Assembly (NCBI GenBank): GCA_024679065.1
Contig: JAGIQG010000023.1
Coordinates: 15,996,001 to 16,060,000 of the forward strand
Length of the DNA stretch: 64,000 bases
Source: Sphyrna mokarran
Lineage: Eukaryota
Direction of reading: 5' to 3'
Below are positions 1 to 12,169 of the stretch, piece by piece. The translations under genes were made by a program, and so were the position numbers. Under the pieces are notes generated by a model. It saw nothing but the letters and a program-made list of their open reading frames with translations. It had not been told where the DNA came from and ran no database searches. Numbering within the stretch: position 1 is the first letter of the stretch; each line of letters starts with the position of its first letter.

Positions 1-954
1 ACAGATTAGACTGTTACATTTATTTTGGGGGGTAATTTAGAGGCAGATGAGCAGATTGCAAGATTCGGGAAAAAATGTGCAGTAGCATCAGGTTGGGAAA
101 ATCCTCAAGTGTGCACAGCATTGCCAGTGATTGGAAGATTCGGGCTATTGTAAGTGCTATATAAAATGCAGGTTGTGTTGTCAAGTACTTTACCAGTTTA
201 CACTAAGTGTCTCAGTATGTTTATCTAGGAAGTTGCTGAATAAAACAGACAGTGGATCCAGGCTCCAATGCAATTTTTAAATCAGTGCCAGAAGCACAGG
301 CATTAGAATTGACCTCAGGATCCATTGGTTGCAGAAACTACATTCACTTGGGCTTTCCATTTTCTAGCCACTCCTCGTATGAGGGTTCAATGTGAATATC
401 TGGGAACGACTTATAGCCAAGTTTCAGGCATCTAATGAGTGCAGGGAATGATCTCTGTATCTGAACAATTTCTCCTGGCTTGAGGCTCAGGAGAAATTGG
501 TCCTCTGGCCTTATCTACATAATTGTGCAACACCCCACCACCCCAGACTGGCCAACATTCCCCTCCCACCAATTGGCAACACCACTGCCCTGGCTCGCTG
601 ACAACTCACCTCACTGGAGGAACAAATCTGGGCTACCTAAGAAGGTTAGTAGAGCACGAGGAAGGACCGGCAGTGATCCTCAGGATGCAGCGGAAGTCAG
701 GAACCAGGGACAGTTCCAAGATTGGGAGCTTGGAGAAGAAGGGGGTACAAATACCATGTAACTTCCCTCAATGATTACTGCATTTCTATTGGTGCAGACA
801 GTTTCTGGTACCCTGCCTAAGTGAATTCTTATTGTGTATGAAAATGCATCATGATCATTTGCAAACTGTTGAGATGTTAAACGGAATTGTTCTCTGCCAA
901 TTTGGGTGTGAAACAAGAAAGGGAGGGGTGGCAGGAAGGGAAGGAAGGAACTCG

Positions 955-1350
955 TCTTTCTATAACATCCGAAATCCCATACAGCATTTCAGCAGATGAG
1001 CTATTTTTGAAATGAAGTATTTTGTAAAGCAGAACCACAGCAGCAATTTTACAAACAGTGAGCTCCCACAAATAACAATGTGATAATGAACTTCCTCACA
1101 ACACTATGCATATACCTGTACCAAATGGACTACAGAGGTTTAATAACAATGCACTTTCTGAAGGGCAATTAGGGGTGGGCAAGAAATGTTGACTGTGCCA
1201 GTGGTGCCCAAATCCCATGGCAGAACAAAAGTAAGGACCAGATAAACTGGATGAGAGGTAAATATTAGGCAGGACACTGGCACTATTTTAACAAGGGCAG
1301 GAAACGGCCGATGTTTTCTTGCCACCTAAAAAGCACTGATCAACTGGGAA
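955..1350 (-). mobile_element. Degraded Deu-domain SINE, interrupted by a LINE/SINE 3' tail (about 1115-1230, +)
   Basis: Shares ...gcagcaatttt..ctcccacaaataacaatgtgataatga...aatattaggcaggacac with the copy at 24968-25403. Confidence 0.5.
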
Positions 1351-1477
1351 ATCATTCTACTGCTGTTTTTGGAACATTGCTGTATAGTGACATGGCTGTA
1401 CTTGTCAACATATCGACAGTAAATAATAATTCAGGCATGTATCAATGGATAGGATTCTGTGATCTCGCTTGAGTGAG

Positions 1478-1570
1478 ACTGGAATTTCCCACCTGAGGTC
1501 AATGGACATTTCCGTCATCCATCTCTCACTCGCTCCAAGTCTGTGGTGGGCAAGACGGTAGAATTCCAGA
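1478..1570. mobile_element. Short MITE-like element
   Basis: Ends CTGGAATTT...GAATTCCAG. The internal GAGGTCAA(T/C)GGAC is shared with 54510-54638. Confidence 0.45.
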
Positions 1571-1848
1571 GATGTTGTCAAATATTTTGGGAATTAAGTC
1601 ATAAGGAAACAAATAAATGTGACAATATTATTATCATCACAACTGATCCTTAGTATTTATATTAATAATATATCCTGTTTCCATCCATCTCAACCAAATC
1701 CTATTATATACTCACCTAATGTCTGCATTGTTTATCAGAGGAGGGACTCAATATTGATGAAGAGTCAGTGCTTTAGCTGATTATGTTTTCCCTTGGCTTT
1801 GGAATGAAAAGGCCAATTAGAGTGTTCTGGTCACTCTGATTGAACAAT

Positions 1849-2712
1849 AGAACATAGAACATAAAACATAGAACATTACAGCACAGAACAGGCCCTTCGG
1901 CCTTCGATGTTGTGCCGACCAAAATAAAAAGCAATGCCCCTCCAAACTAAACCATTCCCTTCTCTTCCATATACTTATCAATTAACCTCTTAAACGCCAC
2001 CAAACTTGGCGCATCTACAACAGCTGCAGGCAGGGCATTCCACTCCCTAATCACTCTTTGAGTAAAGAACCTACCTCTGATATCCGTCCTATAACTCATA
2101 CCCCTTAATTTAAAGCTGTGTCCCCTCGTGCTAGCTTTCTCCATCCTAGGAAAAAGGCTATCACTGTCCACCCTATCTAAACCTCTAATCATCTTATATG
2201 CTTCAATAAGATCCCCTCTTAGCCGCCTCCTTTCTAACGAAAACAACCTCAAATCCTTCAACCTCTCTTCATAGGACCTGCCCTCCATACCAGGCAACAT
2301 CCTGGTAAACCTCCTCTGTACCCTCTCCAATGCCTCCACATCTTTCTTATAATGTGGGGACCAGAACTGCACACAATACTCCAAGTGCGGCCGCACTAGA
2401 GTTTTGTACAGTTGCAACATGATGCTGCGGCTCCTAAATTCAATCCCCCTACCAATAAAAGCTAAGACTCCATATGCCTTCTTAACAACTTTATCCACTT
2501 GACTGCCTACTTTCAGGGATCTATTGACACATACACCAAGATCCTTCTGTTCCTCAACACTATTAAGAGCCCTACCATTAGCCCTATACTCTACACATTT
2601 ATTGTTCCTGCCAAAGTGCATTACCTCACACTTTTCCACATTAAACTCCATTTGCCACCTCACGGCCCAGCTCTGCAACTTGTCCAAGTCACTCTGTAAA
2701 CTATAACATCCT
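1849..2712 (-). mobile_element. Young 5'-truncated CR1 (HER1-like) LINE with intact ORF2 C-terminus
   Basis: Uninterrupted 246-aa ORF 1947-2687 (WQMEFNVEKC, LVRPHLEYCVQFWSP, RRRLRGDLI, FFTQRV..WNALP), short 3' UTR and (ATAGAAC)n tail at 1848-1876. Possible TSD AACAAT at 1843-1848 and 2719-2724. Confidence 0.93.
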
Positions 2713-2996
2713 GATCATAACAATGATCAGCCAGCTCATTCAAAACCAGGTTCTGATTGTTTCTGACACCTTGTTTGCTGTGTTTCCCCACTGAATCACT
2801 CACAGAGCCATCCAGTAAATTCACAGTTCAAGTGCTATCATGGAGAAGTTACCAAGTGCTATATTGTGATGGAAATAATATCCCCAAATTATTGGAATAT
2901 CTGGAATGAAGGCTGCATTCATTACAATCAGAAACAGGAAAAATCTTTGGTTCAATTTCTTCTTTAGAATGAGTTAGCTGATCATAGTTCAAGGCT

Positions 2997-3320
2997 GCAT
3001 AGTGGCAAGGGTGGTAGTGGTTAGCACTGCTGCCTCACTGTGCTAGAGTCCCAGGTTCAATTCCAGCCTTGGATTATTGTCTATGTGGAGTTTCTCCCTG
3101 TGTCTGCGACAGTTTCCTCCGGGTACTCAGGTTTCTTCCCACAGTCCAAAAATGTGCAGGTTTGGTTGGTTGCCCAGCATTATAAATTGACCTGAGTGCA
3201 GGGGGATTAGTAGGGTAAATGCATGGGGTTACGGGAATACGGCCTGGATGGAATTGTGGTCAGTACAGATTCAATGGGCCGAAAGGCTTCCTCTGTACCC
3301 GCAAGGATTCTATGATTGAC
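2997..3320 (+). mobile_element. HE1-type V-SINE, CR1-derived tail (tail A)
   Basis: tRNA-like head (GTGGTTAGCACTGCTGCCTCAC...GGTTCAATTCC), V-domain, and tail GGGCCGAAAGGC...GGATTCTATGA. Confidence 0.88.
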
Positions 3321-3463
3321 TCAGATCTTTCACACTATCAAATGTAGGCCTGCATCTTTGCTCCTGATTCAGTGTGTGTGAGATGGGGGAATTCCCAGCT
3401 TCATGGAACGATCTTTAAAAATTGTGGCCTGCAATTCTGATTTTTATTCTGCGGAGGCAGAAT

Positions 3464-3586
3464 AGAACATAGAACATAGAACACTACAGCACAAACAGGC
3501 CCTTTGGCCCACAAGTTGTGCCGAACACATCACAACTTGTGGGCCGAAGGGCCTGTTTGTGCTGTAGTGTTCTATGTTCTATGTTC
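3464..3586. mobile_element. Palindromic insertion of two CR1 3' tails, head-to-head, with 6-bp TSD
   Basis: Arms 3465-3520 and 3531-3586 are reverse complements at 55 of 56 positions, with a 10-nt loop. CAGAAT is repeated at 3458-3463 and 3587-3592. Confidence 0.9.
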
Positions 3587-3699
3587 CAGAATCTGCTGGA
3601 TTAGATGTTGGAACTGTTGTGTTCCAGGTCAAAAACTTCAAAGTGATTTATGAAGACTGCCTGATTCATAATTTTTGTATCTTGAACCTGGCTAGGATA

Positions 3700-4295
3700 T
3701 ATTTGACTTCAGGTATGATTCGAAGTCATATCCTTCGACTAGGGAGCTTTTCTCAAACAAAGTTTATTTAAGAATATAGTTAACACATAGAGAATGAAAA
3801 TTAGTAATAACTTTTATCAATTACGAGCAAACGCAAAATAGGTACTATAATGTATAACACTTAACCAATATATATCAGATGTTCCAATCAAAACCAATAT
3901 CCAACAAACAAAAACCTTTAAACAGGTTTATCACTGCGCAGGTTAAAGCTCACGTGATACAGGAATCCAGTTCCTCGGATTGAATGCTGATTTCAAATGT
4001 TTTTGAAAACTGTTTATAGTCAGATCAGCTCCCCAAAACATCATAATACAGATTCTTTATGCAGCAACAGGCCTTTCTTCCAGCCAGCTGGTAAAATTTT
4101 CAAACAAAACAGAGCGAGAAAGTGCCTTCTTTTCCAACTTGTTTCTAAGACCATCTTTAACACTGCAGCCAAAACAAATCTGAAATCTGACCTCTTGCCA
4201 TCTGATCTGCTCATAGTTCTTCTCACCTCCCACAGTGACATCACCTAAGGCTGTGATCATGATTTGAAGAAAACACTTAAAGGTACACCAGCATA
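3700..4295 (-). mobile_element. Possible LTR-like fragment
   Basis: On the minus strand it begins with a TGTACCTTTAAG motif like the adjacent element and has a late AATAAA. No TSD seen. Confidence 0.3.
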
Positions 4296-4556
4296 CAGAC
4301 CCACCATTCCAGGGATGAGTGCGGAGGCTGAAATGTGTGGAGGTGGACTGGATGGAAGGCCTGCTTCAGCACTTTATTGCATTTTTAATTAAAGAATGAT
4401 TAATGTGATAAGCAATCCTTCAATCCTCACTCCTCTCTATCATCCCTCACTCCCTCTCTATCCGCCCCACATTACCCTGTGCTCCATCCATGCCAATATA
4501 TGCAACCTCATACCACACCACCCAAACCACATGGCCCCTCATACTCCCATGCCAAC

Positions 4557-5337
4557 TGTGATGATACTATGCCTTTAAGAAATGTATTTTTATCATGTTT
4601 CTTATGAAGGGTATGTTTAAAATTCAGCTCTGCTTTACACTGTGCCAATTTGTCTACATTAGGCAAATCATATGCTGATGATGCAGACTAATGATTGATT
4701 TAGGGATGTGTTTGCTTTAATTTGAGTTCATGCATTGTTGTTTATTTTGGTTTTCCCCTGGGATTTCAGAGGAAGGTGTGATTGAGTTGATTAACAAAGA
4801 CAGAGTCATGTGAATGGGTGGACTTAAGCTTGCAGGGAAAACATGTAATTCTCTTTTATTTTAAAACAGTCAATTTCTGTCTGGTTCTGAAAGAAGCAAG
4901 TAGTGTTTTTCTGTCCTTCTCTGTCACTGGAGGCTGTTGCTTGGGTGTCTCTCTGTCTCCAGGTATTCAAAAGGCTCTAAGAGTGTTAACAAGTACAAGC
5001 ACATAAGCTTGGAAGTTTGCTAACTTATTTTGAAGGGAAGTTTAAGTCTGTAAGAGGAATATTGCTTGAATTTGAACTAATAGGGATAGGTTAGGGTAAT
5101 AACTGTATCCTGTCATGTTTGAGAATTCTAATTTGTGAAAAGTTAAGTTATTTCATTTGTTATAGTTAAACTGTATTGTTAAATGAAGTTTATTTTGATA
5201 AAAGCTTCCTAAAGTGTCAATAGAACCACATGTTGAGTGAAACACTCTATCCTCACACTAATGCCAAAATAAAATAAAACTCTTAGGGTCTAGTGGGGCT
5301 TTATAATATACTTTGTGGTTTCTGCTCTAACATAACC
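4557..5337 (+). mobile_element. Probable solo LTR inserted in a C-rich low-complexity repeat
   Basis: Starts TGTGATG..GCCTTTAAGAAATG, has AATAAA near 5268 and ends CATAAC. Its composition switches abruptly from the CCCCATGCC-rich sequence on both sides. Confidence 0.5.
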
Positions 5338-5779
5338 TATGCCACTCTACCCACCTTCCAAAAGCCCTAATACCCCCATGTCCCCACATTCCCATGGCCC
5401 TTTATATTCCCTTTGCCAACTTAGTGCTAACTCATGGCAACCCATGTCACCAATTCACTGCACTTTTCCTTTACCCTCTGCATGCCAGCTCATGGATATC
5501 TAATATGGGCAAACCGCAAGAAACATCATGGTATAAAATAGTGTTTATTTATGATATCACTGTTTAAAGAAAACATTATAATTGATCAAAGAAAACATTC
5601 AATATATATAAATTCCTTCCACTAATATCATAAAAAACCAAACATTTCTATTATATAACCACTTGGAGCTGTCAATCAAGCTGCTCACTTAACAGATACT
5701 CCATTGCGATAATGTTAGTTTGTAAAATCTGTCATTGCAGCATAAATCCTTTAATGATTGATCTCAGGCTTACGTAAAC

Positions 5780-6085
5780 AGGCACGTGCATGACATGGTG
5801 GCACAGTGGTTAGCACTGCTGCCTCACAGTGCCAGGGACCTGGTTTCAATTCCTGGCTTGGATCACTGTCTTAGTGCAGTTTGCACATTCTCACTGTGTC
5901 TGCATGGGTTCCCTCCTAGTGCTCCGGTTTCCTCCTACAGTCCAAAAGACGTGCTGGTTAGGTGCATTGGCTGTGCTAAGTTCTCCCGCAGTGTACCCGA
6001 ATGTGCTGGATGTACTGACTAGGGGATATTCACAGTGAGTTGAGTGAAGCGTTAATCTAAGCCTACTTGTGACATCAATAACTAA
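5780..6085 (+). mobile_element. HE1-type V-SINE, alternative tail B
   Basis: Same head and V-domain as tail-A copies, but the tail is GTGTACCCGAA...ACTAGGGGATATTCACAGT...AAGCCTACTTGTGACATCAATAA. Confidence 0.88.
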
Positions 6086-7319
6086 GCTTTCTGCAGTAAA
6101 GGGATTCTACGATTCATTGAGCATCGCTGCTTTTATATTCTATGCTTTGGCTATTAATCACAAGTGTTCCATATGCCTGTCCAGCCACCGTCATGGATTT
6201 GTGAGTCCCTCTGTCCCTTGTTAACCTTCTCCAGAAGCATTACCTCACATTTACCCAGATTGAATTCCATTTGGCACAGTTCTGTCCAACTGACTGGTTC
6301 ATTGATATCTTTCTGTTATCTACATCTTTCAAAGTCTCCATGTAGTTTCCAGGGATAAAGAGGGATATGGGAAGAGGAAGATTATTTGAAATTGGTCTAA
6401 TAAAAAGGAATTAGCTTATTGGTCCATGGATCATCGCTGTTAAAAAATCTTGCTCAAGCTGTCGGTAAAATCAAATTTTCTGCTGCTTTGACTTTTTTTC
6501 AGCTTTATTTATTGAGAAATATAAAAAAACATAACACGAGACAATTAGTAATTTTTCATTTTTCCATTATTAATCCAGCACAATACTGCCCAAACCTCTT
6601 CTCACGCAACTCCCCCACCCTCCTCCGGCCTTCCGCACCAAATCATCTCAAATTAGAAGCCTTGACTTTTCAAAAGAGGTATTGAAAGTGATACTCGATT
6701 ATTCACCGGAGAGCTATTTATTTGCCAAAGCTGTCCTAGTAATGAGGATTCTGCTGTGTTGAGAAGACTGCCCTGAAATCTTGTTGCTGAATAAGCTGTC
6801 TTCGATGATAAGTGATGAAATATGTCAAATTCCACAGTTAGATTAAAGTCTTCAGCTTGCCTAATCACACCAGTTATCCATGCAACTGCGTTTGCAGAAG
6901 TGCCTTGGATTCTAATTGCTTTCAGTACATTATCTAATGTGTGAAGGTGCTCAGTCAACACCTTTCCCACAGTGAGCGTAGAGATGGTGACAGAATGTGT
7001 TGACAGTCAATAAAATCTCATGAATAATAGTGAGCTATTGAGTAGTTATCCAAAGCAATTCTCTTGTCTGAGATCAAACCAGCACCAGAAATGAAGATTT
7101 ACACAAAGGGTAGCAGAGTTAATCCATGCCTTTATTTCCTTCTGAGCGATGATGAATGGGGAATTTTTGCATCAAAAATGCTACGTGTGCGCTTTTGCTT
7201 ACATTTTTTAAAAAATTAAATAGCAACTTAACAGTTTTACAATTAAAGATCCTAACTGCTTCTGAATTTCTAGATTTTTTTTTGTTTATGCTGTGTCCAG
7301 ACTGAGCTGGTCTTGCCTT

Positions 7320-7620
7320 TGAATCAGAATTATAGAGTGGTTACAGTACAAGGGGAGATCATCCGCATCATTGTGTCCATGCTAGCTCTCTGTATGAAAG
7401 AACTTTCATTATGTCACGTCTTTTGCCAATGGCCTGAAATTGGTGTCCTCTGGTTTTTGACTCTTTTACTAACAGGATCAATTTCTCCCTGTCAGTTCTG
7501 TCTTGAGGATGTTGATCAAATCCCCTCTCAATCTTCTTCTCTTTGAAGAGAACAGCCCTAGCCAATCTGTCCAAGGAACTAAAATGTCTGTTTCCTGGAA
7601 CAATGTCCACGAGGAGTGTT
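7320..7620 (-). mobile_element. Old CR1 3' fragment
   Basis: Minus-strand translation gives LGLFSSKRRRLRGDLI and KTRGHQF. Confidence 0.75.
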
Positions 7621-7744
7621 GTGCTTGGCAAGCTGGAGAGCTAGTGAGAACACTGATGCCTCTTTTAGGGGTGATCCACCTAATTAAATTCCATTTTTCT
7701 ACAGAATGAGTGGTTAGCATCTGGAGTTTTTATTTCAAATGTAT

Positions 7745-8232
7745 TTATTAGAATCACAAATAAACTTACATTAACACTGCAATTAAGTTATGGTGAAAAT
7801 CCCCTAGGTGATACACTCTGGCACCTGTTTGGGTACACTAAGGGAGAATTTAGCATGGCAGTGTACCTAACCAGCACATCTTTTGTACTGTGGGAGGCAA
7901 GCTGTGTCCAGAATACCAAATAATTCTATTCCTTACTCTTGTTTGATGCTTTTAAAACTTCATTCTAACTCTTTTAAACTCTCTCTATTACTGTAACATT
8001 ACATTCTGCACTTTCTCATTTTCTTCACTATGAATGGTATGCTCTTTTTATAGCATACAAGAAATAATACTCTTCACTGTATGATAATACATGTGACAAT
8101 AATAAATCAAATCAAATGCCATACAAACACAGGGAGAACATACGGATCCCACACTGTCACCCAAGGCTAGAATTTAACCTGAGTCCCTGGTGCTGTGAGG
8201 CAGCAGTGCTAACTTCTTTGCCACCGTGCTAC
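7745..8232 (-). mobile_element. HE1 SINE (tail B) split by an insertion at about 7903-8117
   Basis: Tail and V-domain at 7745-7902. The remainder and head resume at 8118-8232. Confidence 0.82.
7903..8117 (+). mobile_element. Short element ending in the Rex1/Babar LINE 3' tail
   Basis: Ends ACATGTGACAATAATAAATCAAATCAAAT, the same end as the LINE at 9663. Its 5' part is homologous to 51605-51676. Confidence 0.8.
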
Positions 8233-8439
8233 TGTGCCTGAGAGTGTAGTGGAAGCAGATTCAACTGTGGCTTTCAAAAGGAAATTAGATCATTATCTTA
8301 AAAGAAAAGATGGTAGACCTGTGGGAAGAGGCCAAGGGAGTGAGACTAGCCAACCTGGTCATACAGAGAGATGAAATTTCCAATAATGGACCTGCGGGGG
8401 TTTGAAGGGTGTGGGGGGATGGAGGGGGGGAGGGTGTAA

Positions 8440-8900
8440 AAATCCAACCTGCTAAGTGCTGCTGGTGAATCATTCTATGTGTCATATTAATTGCTTTTTA
8501 CTTTCGACGATATCTGCACATATCATATAGCTCCAGGTCCCTCTGTTCCTGCGTCTTCTTTAGAATTAGATTTTTTATTATACATTGCTTTTCCTCATTC
8601 TTTACAGCCAAATGTATGCTTATCTGGCCATTCCACCAGCCTGTTTATATCCTCTTGAAGTCTATCACCATCCTCCTCACAGTTTACAATATTTCCAAAT
8701 GTTGGGTCATCTCCAAGTTGAAATGGTGCACCAGATTCCAAGGGCATTAATTCATATTAAGGATACTAAGGTACTTAATGTAGATCAAGAAAAGCAGTGA
8801 GCCTAGAATCAGTCCCTGGGGAGTCTTACTGTATCTTACTCCAGTCTGATAATCAACCACTCACCACTACTCTCTGGTTCTTGTTTCTGGGCTATCTTAT
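8440..8900 (-). mobile_element. Old CR1 RT-region fragment
   Basis: Degenerate similarity to the CR1 RT regions elsewhere in the window. Confidence 0.5.
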
Positions 8901-8910
8901 GATCAATGAT

Positions 8911-9005
8911 CTGATGAAGGGTCATCCAAACTTGAAACATTGGCTCTATTCCCTCTCCATAGATACTGTCAAACCTGATGAGATTTTGCAGCATTTTCTG
9001 TTTTT
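8911..9005 (+). mobile_element. Penelope-like fragment (family 1) with hammerhead core
   Basis: CTGATGA-A-GGGTCATCCAAACTT-GAAAC followed by the family-1 body (AGATACTGTCAAACCTGATGAGATTTTGCAGCATTTTCTGTTTTT). Confidence 0.7.
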
Positions 9006-9164
9006 ATTATTATCAATGCTATTGCTGTCACCTTTAATTTCTTGGGCTGAGATTGTAGAGGATAAAACTTGTGTCTTATTTGTACAATAATAACATTATG
9101 TTTCTGACTCAGTTTTAATCTAGAGGACCTGTCCCATCAAATTCAATCAGTTGGAGATGTAGGT

Positions 9165-9560
9165 ACATAGGAATGGGAGTAGACCATTTAGTTCTTCCGG
9201 CACCATTCAATGAGAGCATGGCTAATCTGCAACTCAACTTCATATATCCATATTTTTCCATATTTTTCACTACCTTTTGTTAATGAGAATCTATCAACCT
9301 CAGATTTTAAATTAACAATTGATCCAGCATCAATGGTCATTTGCAGAATAGAGTTCCAAACTTCTACCACCTTTTGCATGAGGAAGCATTTTCTAATGTC
9401 CCTCCTAACTTCCTTTTGAAAGACAAAGCTTCCTAGTCCTAGCTTCACCAACCAGTAGAACACATTTTGCTCTATAGACTTTTCAATTCCCCTTCACGTT
9501 TTGAAAACTTTGATCAAATCACCTTTAATTATCTAAATTCCATGGAAAATAACTCACGCT
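9165..9560 (-). mobile_element. Old CR1 3' end
   Basis: Minus ORF FLMQKVVEVWNSI...LKSEVDRF plus a CR1-type 3' UTR. Confidence 0.75.
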
Positions 9561-9662
9561 TACGTCAGCTATTATTGTGATAAATTTACACTGCTTGAAA
9601 TCCCATCTACCTTTACACTATTGATAAACTTGGTTATGAGACTTCCTAAGTCATTACTAAAT

Positions 9663-11280
9663 ATGATTTGATTTGATTTATTATTGTCACATGATCAATA
9701 TGACAATAATGTCTGAAAAGTATTGTTTCTTGTGTGCTCTGCAGACAAAGCATACCATTCATACAGAATGAAATGAGAGAGTGCAGAATGTGGTGCTATG
9801 GTCATAGCTACGGTGTAGAGAAAGGTCAACTTAATGCAACATAGGTCCACTCGAAAGTCTGATGGCAGCAGGGAAGAAGCTGATCTTGACTTGGTTGGAA
9901 TGCTACATCAGATTTTTGTATCTTTTTCCTGGCTGAAGAAGGTGGAAGAGATATGACCAGGGTGCGTGGGATCCTTAACTTTGCTGGCTGCTTTGATGAG
10001 GCAGCAGGAAGTGTTGACAGAGTCAATGCATGTGAGGCTGGTTTGCGTAATGGCCTGGGCTCCATTCATGACCTTCTTCAGTTTCTTGCGGTCTTGGGCA
10101 GAGCAGGACCCAAGCTGCAATACAACCAGAGAGTATGCTCTTTATGGTGCATCTACAAAAATTGGTGAGAATTGTGGCTAACATGACAAATTCCCTTAGT
10201 CTTCTGAGAAAGTATTGGGCTTTCTTAACTACAGCGTCGGCATGAGAGGACCAAGGCATCTAGAAATCTAAAAACTTGAAGCTTTCAGCGATCTCTTCTT
10301 TGTCCCTGTTGATGTAGAGAGGGGCAAGTCCCCCACTACGCTTCCTGAAGTCAATGATTGTCTCCTTCATTTTGTTGACATTGAGGGAGAGATTATTATT
10401 GCTGCACCAGTTCATCACATTCCCTATCTCATTCCTATACTCTGTCTCGTCGTTGTTTGAGGTCAGACCCACTACAGTGGATCAGCAAATTTGAAAATCG
10501 AATTGGAAGGGAATTTGTCCACACAGTCATAGTGTATAAGGGGCTGTCAACACAGCCTCATGGAGCACTGGTATTGAGGATGATCGTGGAGGAGATGTGG
10601 TTGCCTATCCTTACTGATTGTTGTCCGTGTGTTAGGAAGTTCGGATCCAGTTGTAGAGAGAGGATCCAAGGTCCAGGCCACAGAGTTTGGAGATGAGTTT
10701 TGTAGGAATAATGGTGTTGAAGGCTGAGCTGTAGTCAATAAATAGGAGTCTGACATAGATAGTCTTTATTATCTAATTGTTCCAGGGTTGAGTGTAGGAT
10801 TAGGGAGATGGCATTTGCTGTGGACTTGTTGCGGCAGAAGGTGAACTGTCAGGGATCCAGGCAGTCCGGGAGACCAACCTTTCAAAGAATGTCATAATGA
10901 TGGATGTCAGAGCTACTTGACGATAGTCATTAAAGCAGTTTGCTTGGCTTTTCTTTGGTACTGAGATGATGGTCATCTTCTAGAAGCAGATAGGGAGCTT
11001 AGATTGTTGTAAATTGAGGTTGAAGTTATCAGTGAATATCCTCTCCAGCTGATTCACGCAGGATCTGAGTGTACATCTGGGTACCCCAGCCAGGCCAGTT
11101 GCTTTCCATGGATTGACCATGGAGAAAGATGTTCTGACATCTGCAATGTAACCCCAGATACAAGTTCACTGAGGCTTCCAGGGTGGAGATACACTTTCGC
11201 TGACCTCTTGCTCAAAAGAAGCATAGAATGCATTGAGCTCATCAGGGAGGGATGCACTGGAGCCAGCAATTTCACATGCC
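9663..11280 (-). mobile_element. Degenerate Rex1/Babar-clade LINE (RT C-terminal half plus 3' tail)
   Basis: Frameshifted ORF pieces: NDETEYRNEI..WCSNNNLSLNVNKMKETIIDFRK; KKAQYFLRRLREF..LTNFCRCTIKSILSGCIAAW; CSAQDRKKLKKV. Ends in an (ATCAA)n tail. Confidence 0.85.
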
Positions 11281-11289
11281 TTCATCTTT

Positions 11290-11860
11290 TAGCCTGTTTT
11301 ATATATATGTGGTGAATATGGTGAATAGTTGAGGATCCAGCACAGATCCTTGTGGAGTGCCATTAATCACATCCTGCTCATCAGAGAACTTGCCTATCAT
11401 CCCTACTCTATGTCTCCTGCCACTTAGCCAATTTCCTCACAATTCCGTGAGTTTTAAATTTAGCTAACTGTCTCTTTTGAGTGACCTTGTTAAATGCTTT
11501 CTCACAGTCCATATAAATAACAATCATTGGCTTCCTCCTATCCACTATTATCACCTCTTCAAAAATAATTCTATCAAATTAATCAGGCATGAATTACTCA
11601 TTAGAAACTCATATTAGCTTTTTCTGACCAGCTGATATTTTTCAAGATGTTCAGTCACCCAGTTCTTAATTGTAGATGCTAATAATTCCCCAAAGCAGAT
11701 GTTAGGCCAACTGATCTATAATTCCCTGGTTTCTCTCTAACCTGAGTTACATGCGAATGTTACAATAGCAACTGAGAGAACTTTGGAAAATGATAGTTAG
11801 GACATCTACAACATTCTCACCCATTTGCTTTAAGATTCCGAGAATGAAACCATATATTGA
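11290..11860 (-). mobile_element. Old CR1 RT fragment
   Basis: Reverse-complement similarity to the CR1 RT region at about 12200-12830. Confidence 0.6.
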
Positions 11861-11964
11861 ACATAAATAGTTTCTACCCAATTGATGCTCTACATGTACA
11901 ATAACCTATTTCTTTCAAACTCCATCTGAACATTTCAATATGCCTGCTATGTTTCTGATGCAGT

Positions 11965-12148
11965 CATATATGAGGCTGATCTTTCTCCACATCCTAGCTG
12001 TGGCTGTAACACTATATTCTGCATCTTCTCTGTTCTTTTCCCCCTAGGTACTCTATGAATGATACATTTGATCCGTTTATATAGCTCACAAGAAACAATA
12101 TTTTTCAATGGATCCCAATACATGTAACAATAACAAATCACATTAAAT
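11965..12148 (+). mobile_element. Isolated Rex1-type 3' tail
   Basis: CCTAGCTGTGGCTGTAACACTATATTCTGCA...CAAGAAACAATA...CATGTAACAATAACAAATC. Confidence 0.78.
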
Positions 12149-12169
12149 GAGTTACTTTTTGGATAGAAC

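Noticed and set aside
480-774. Overlapping ORFs in a GC-richer patch with an ETS-like GCGGAAGT
   Set aside because: No recognisable protein or exon boundaries. I cannot distinguish an old repeat from a regulatory element.
6653-6970. 105-aa minus-strand ORF in unique sequence
   Set aside because: GTG start, no recognisable domain and no convincing splice signals; this length is expected by chance in 64 kb.
10023-10259. Peptide resembling the 'ALKBH8 N-terminal/DUF1891' annotation
   Set aside because: It is the C-terminal part of the Rex1/Babar RT ORF, collinear with other LINE motifs and a LINE tail.
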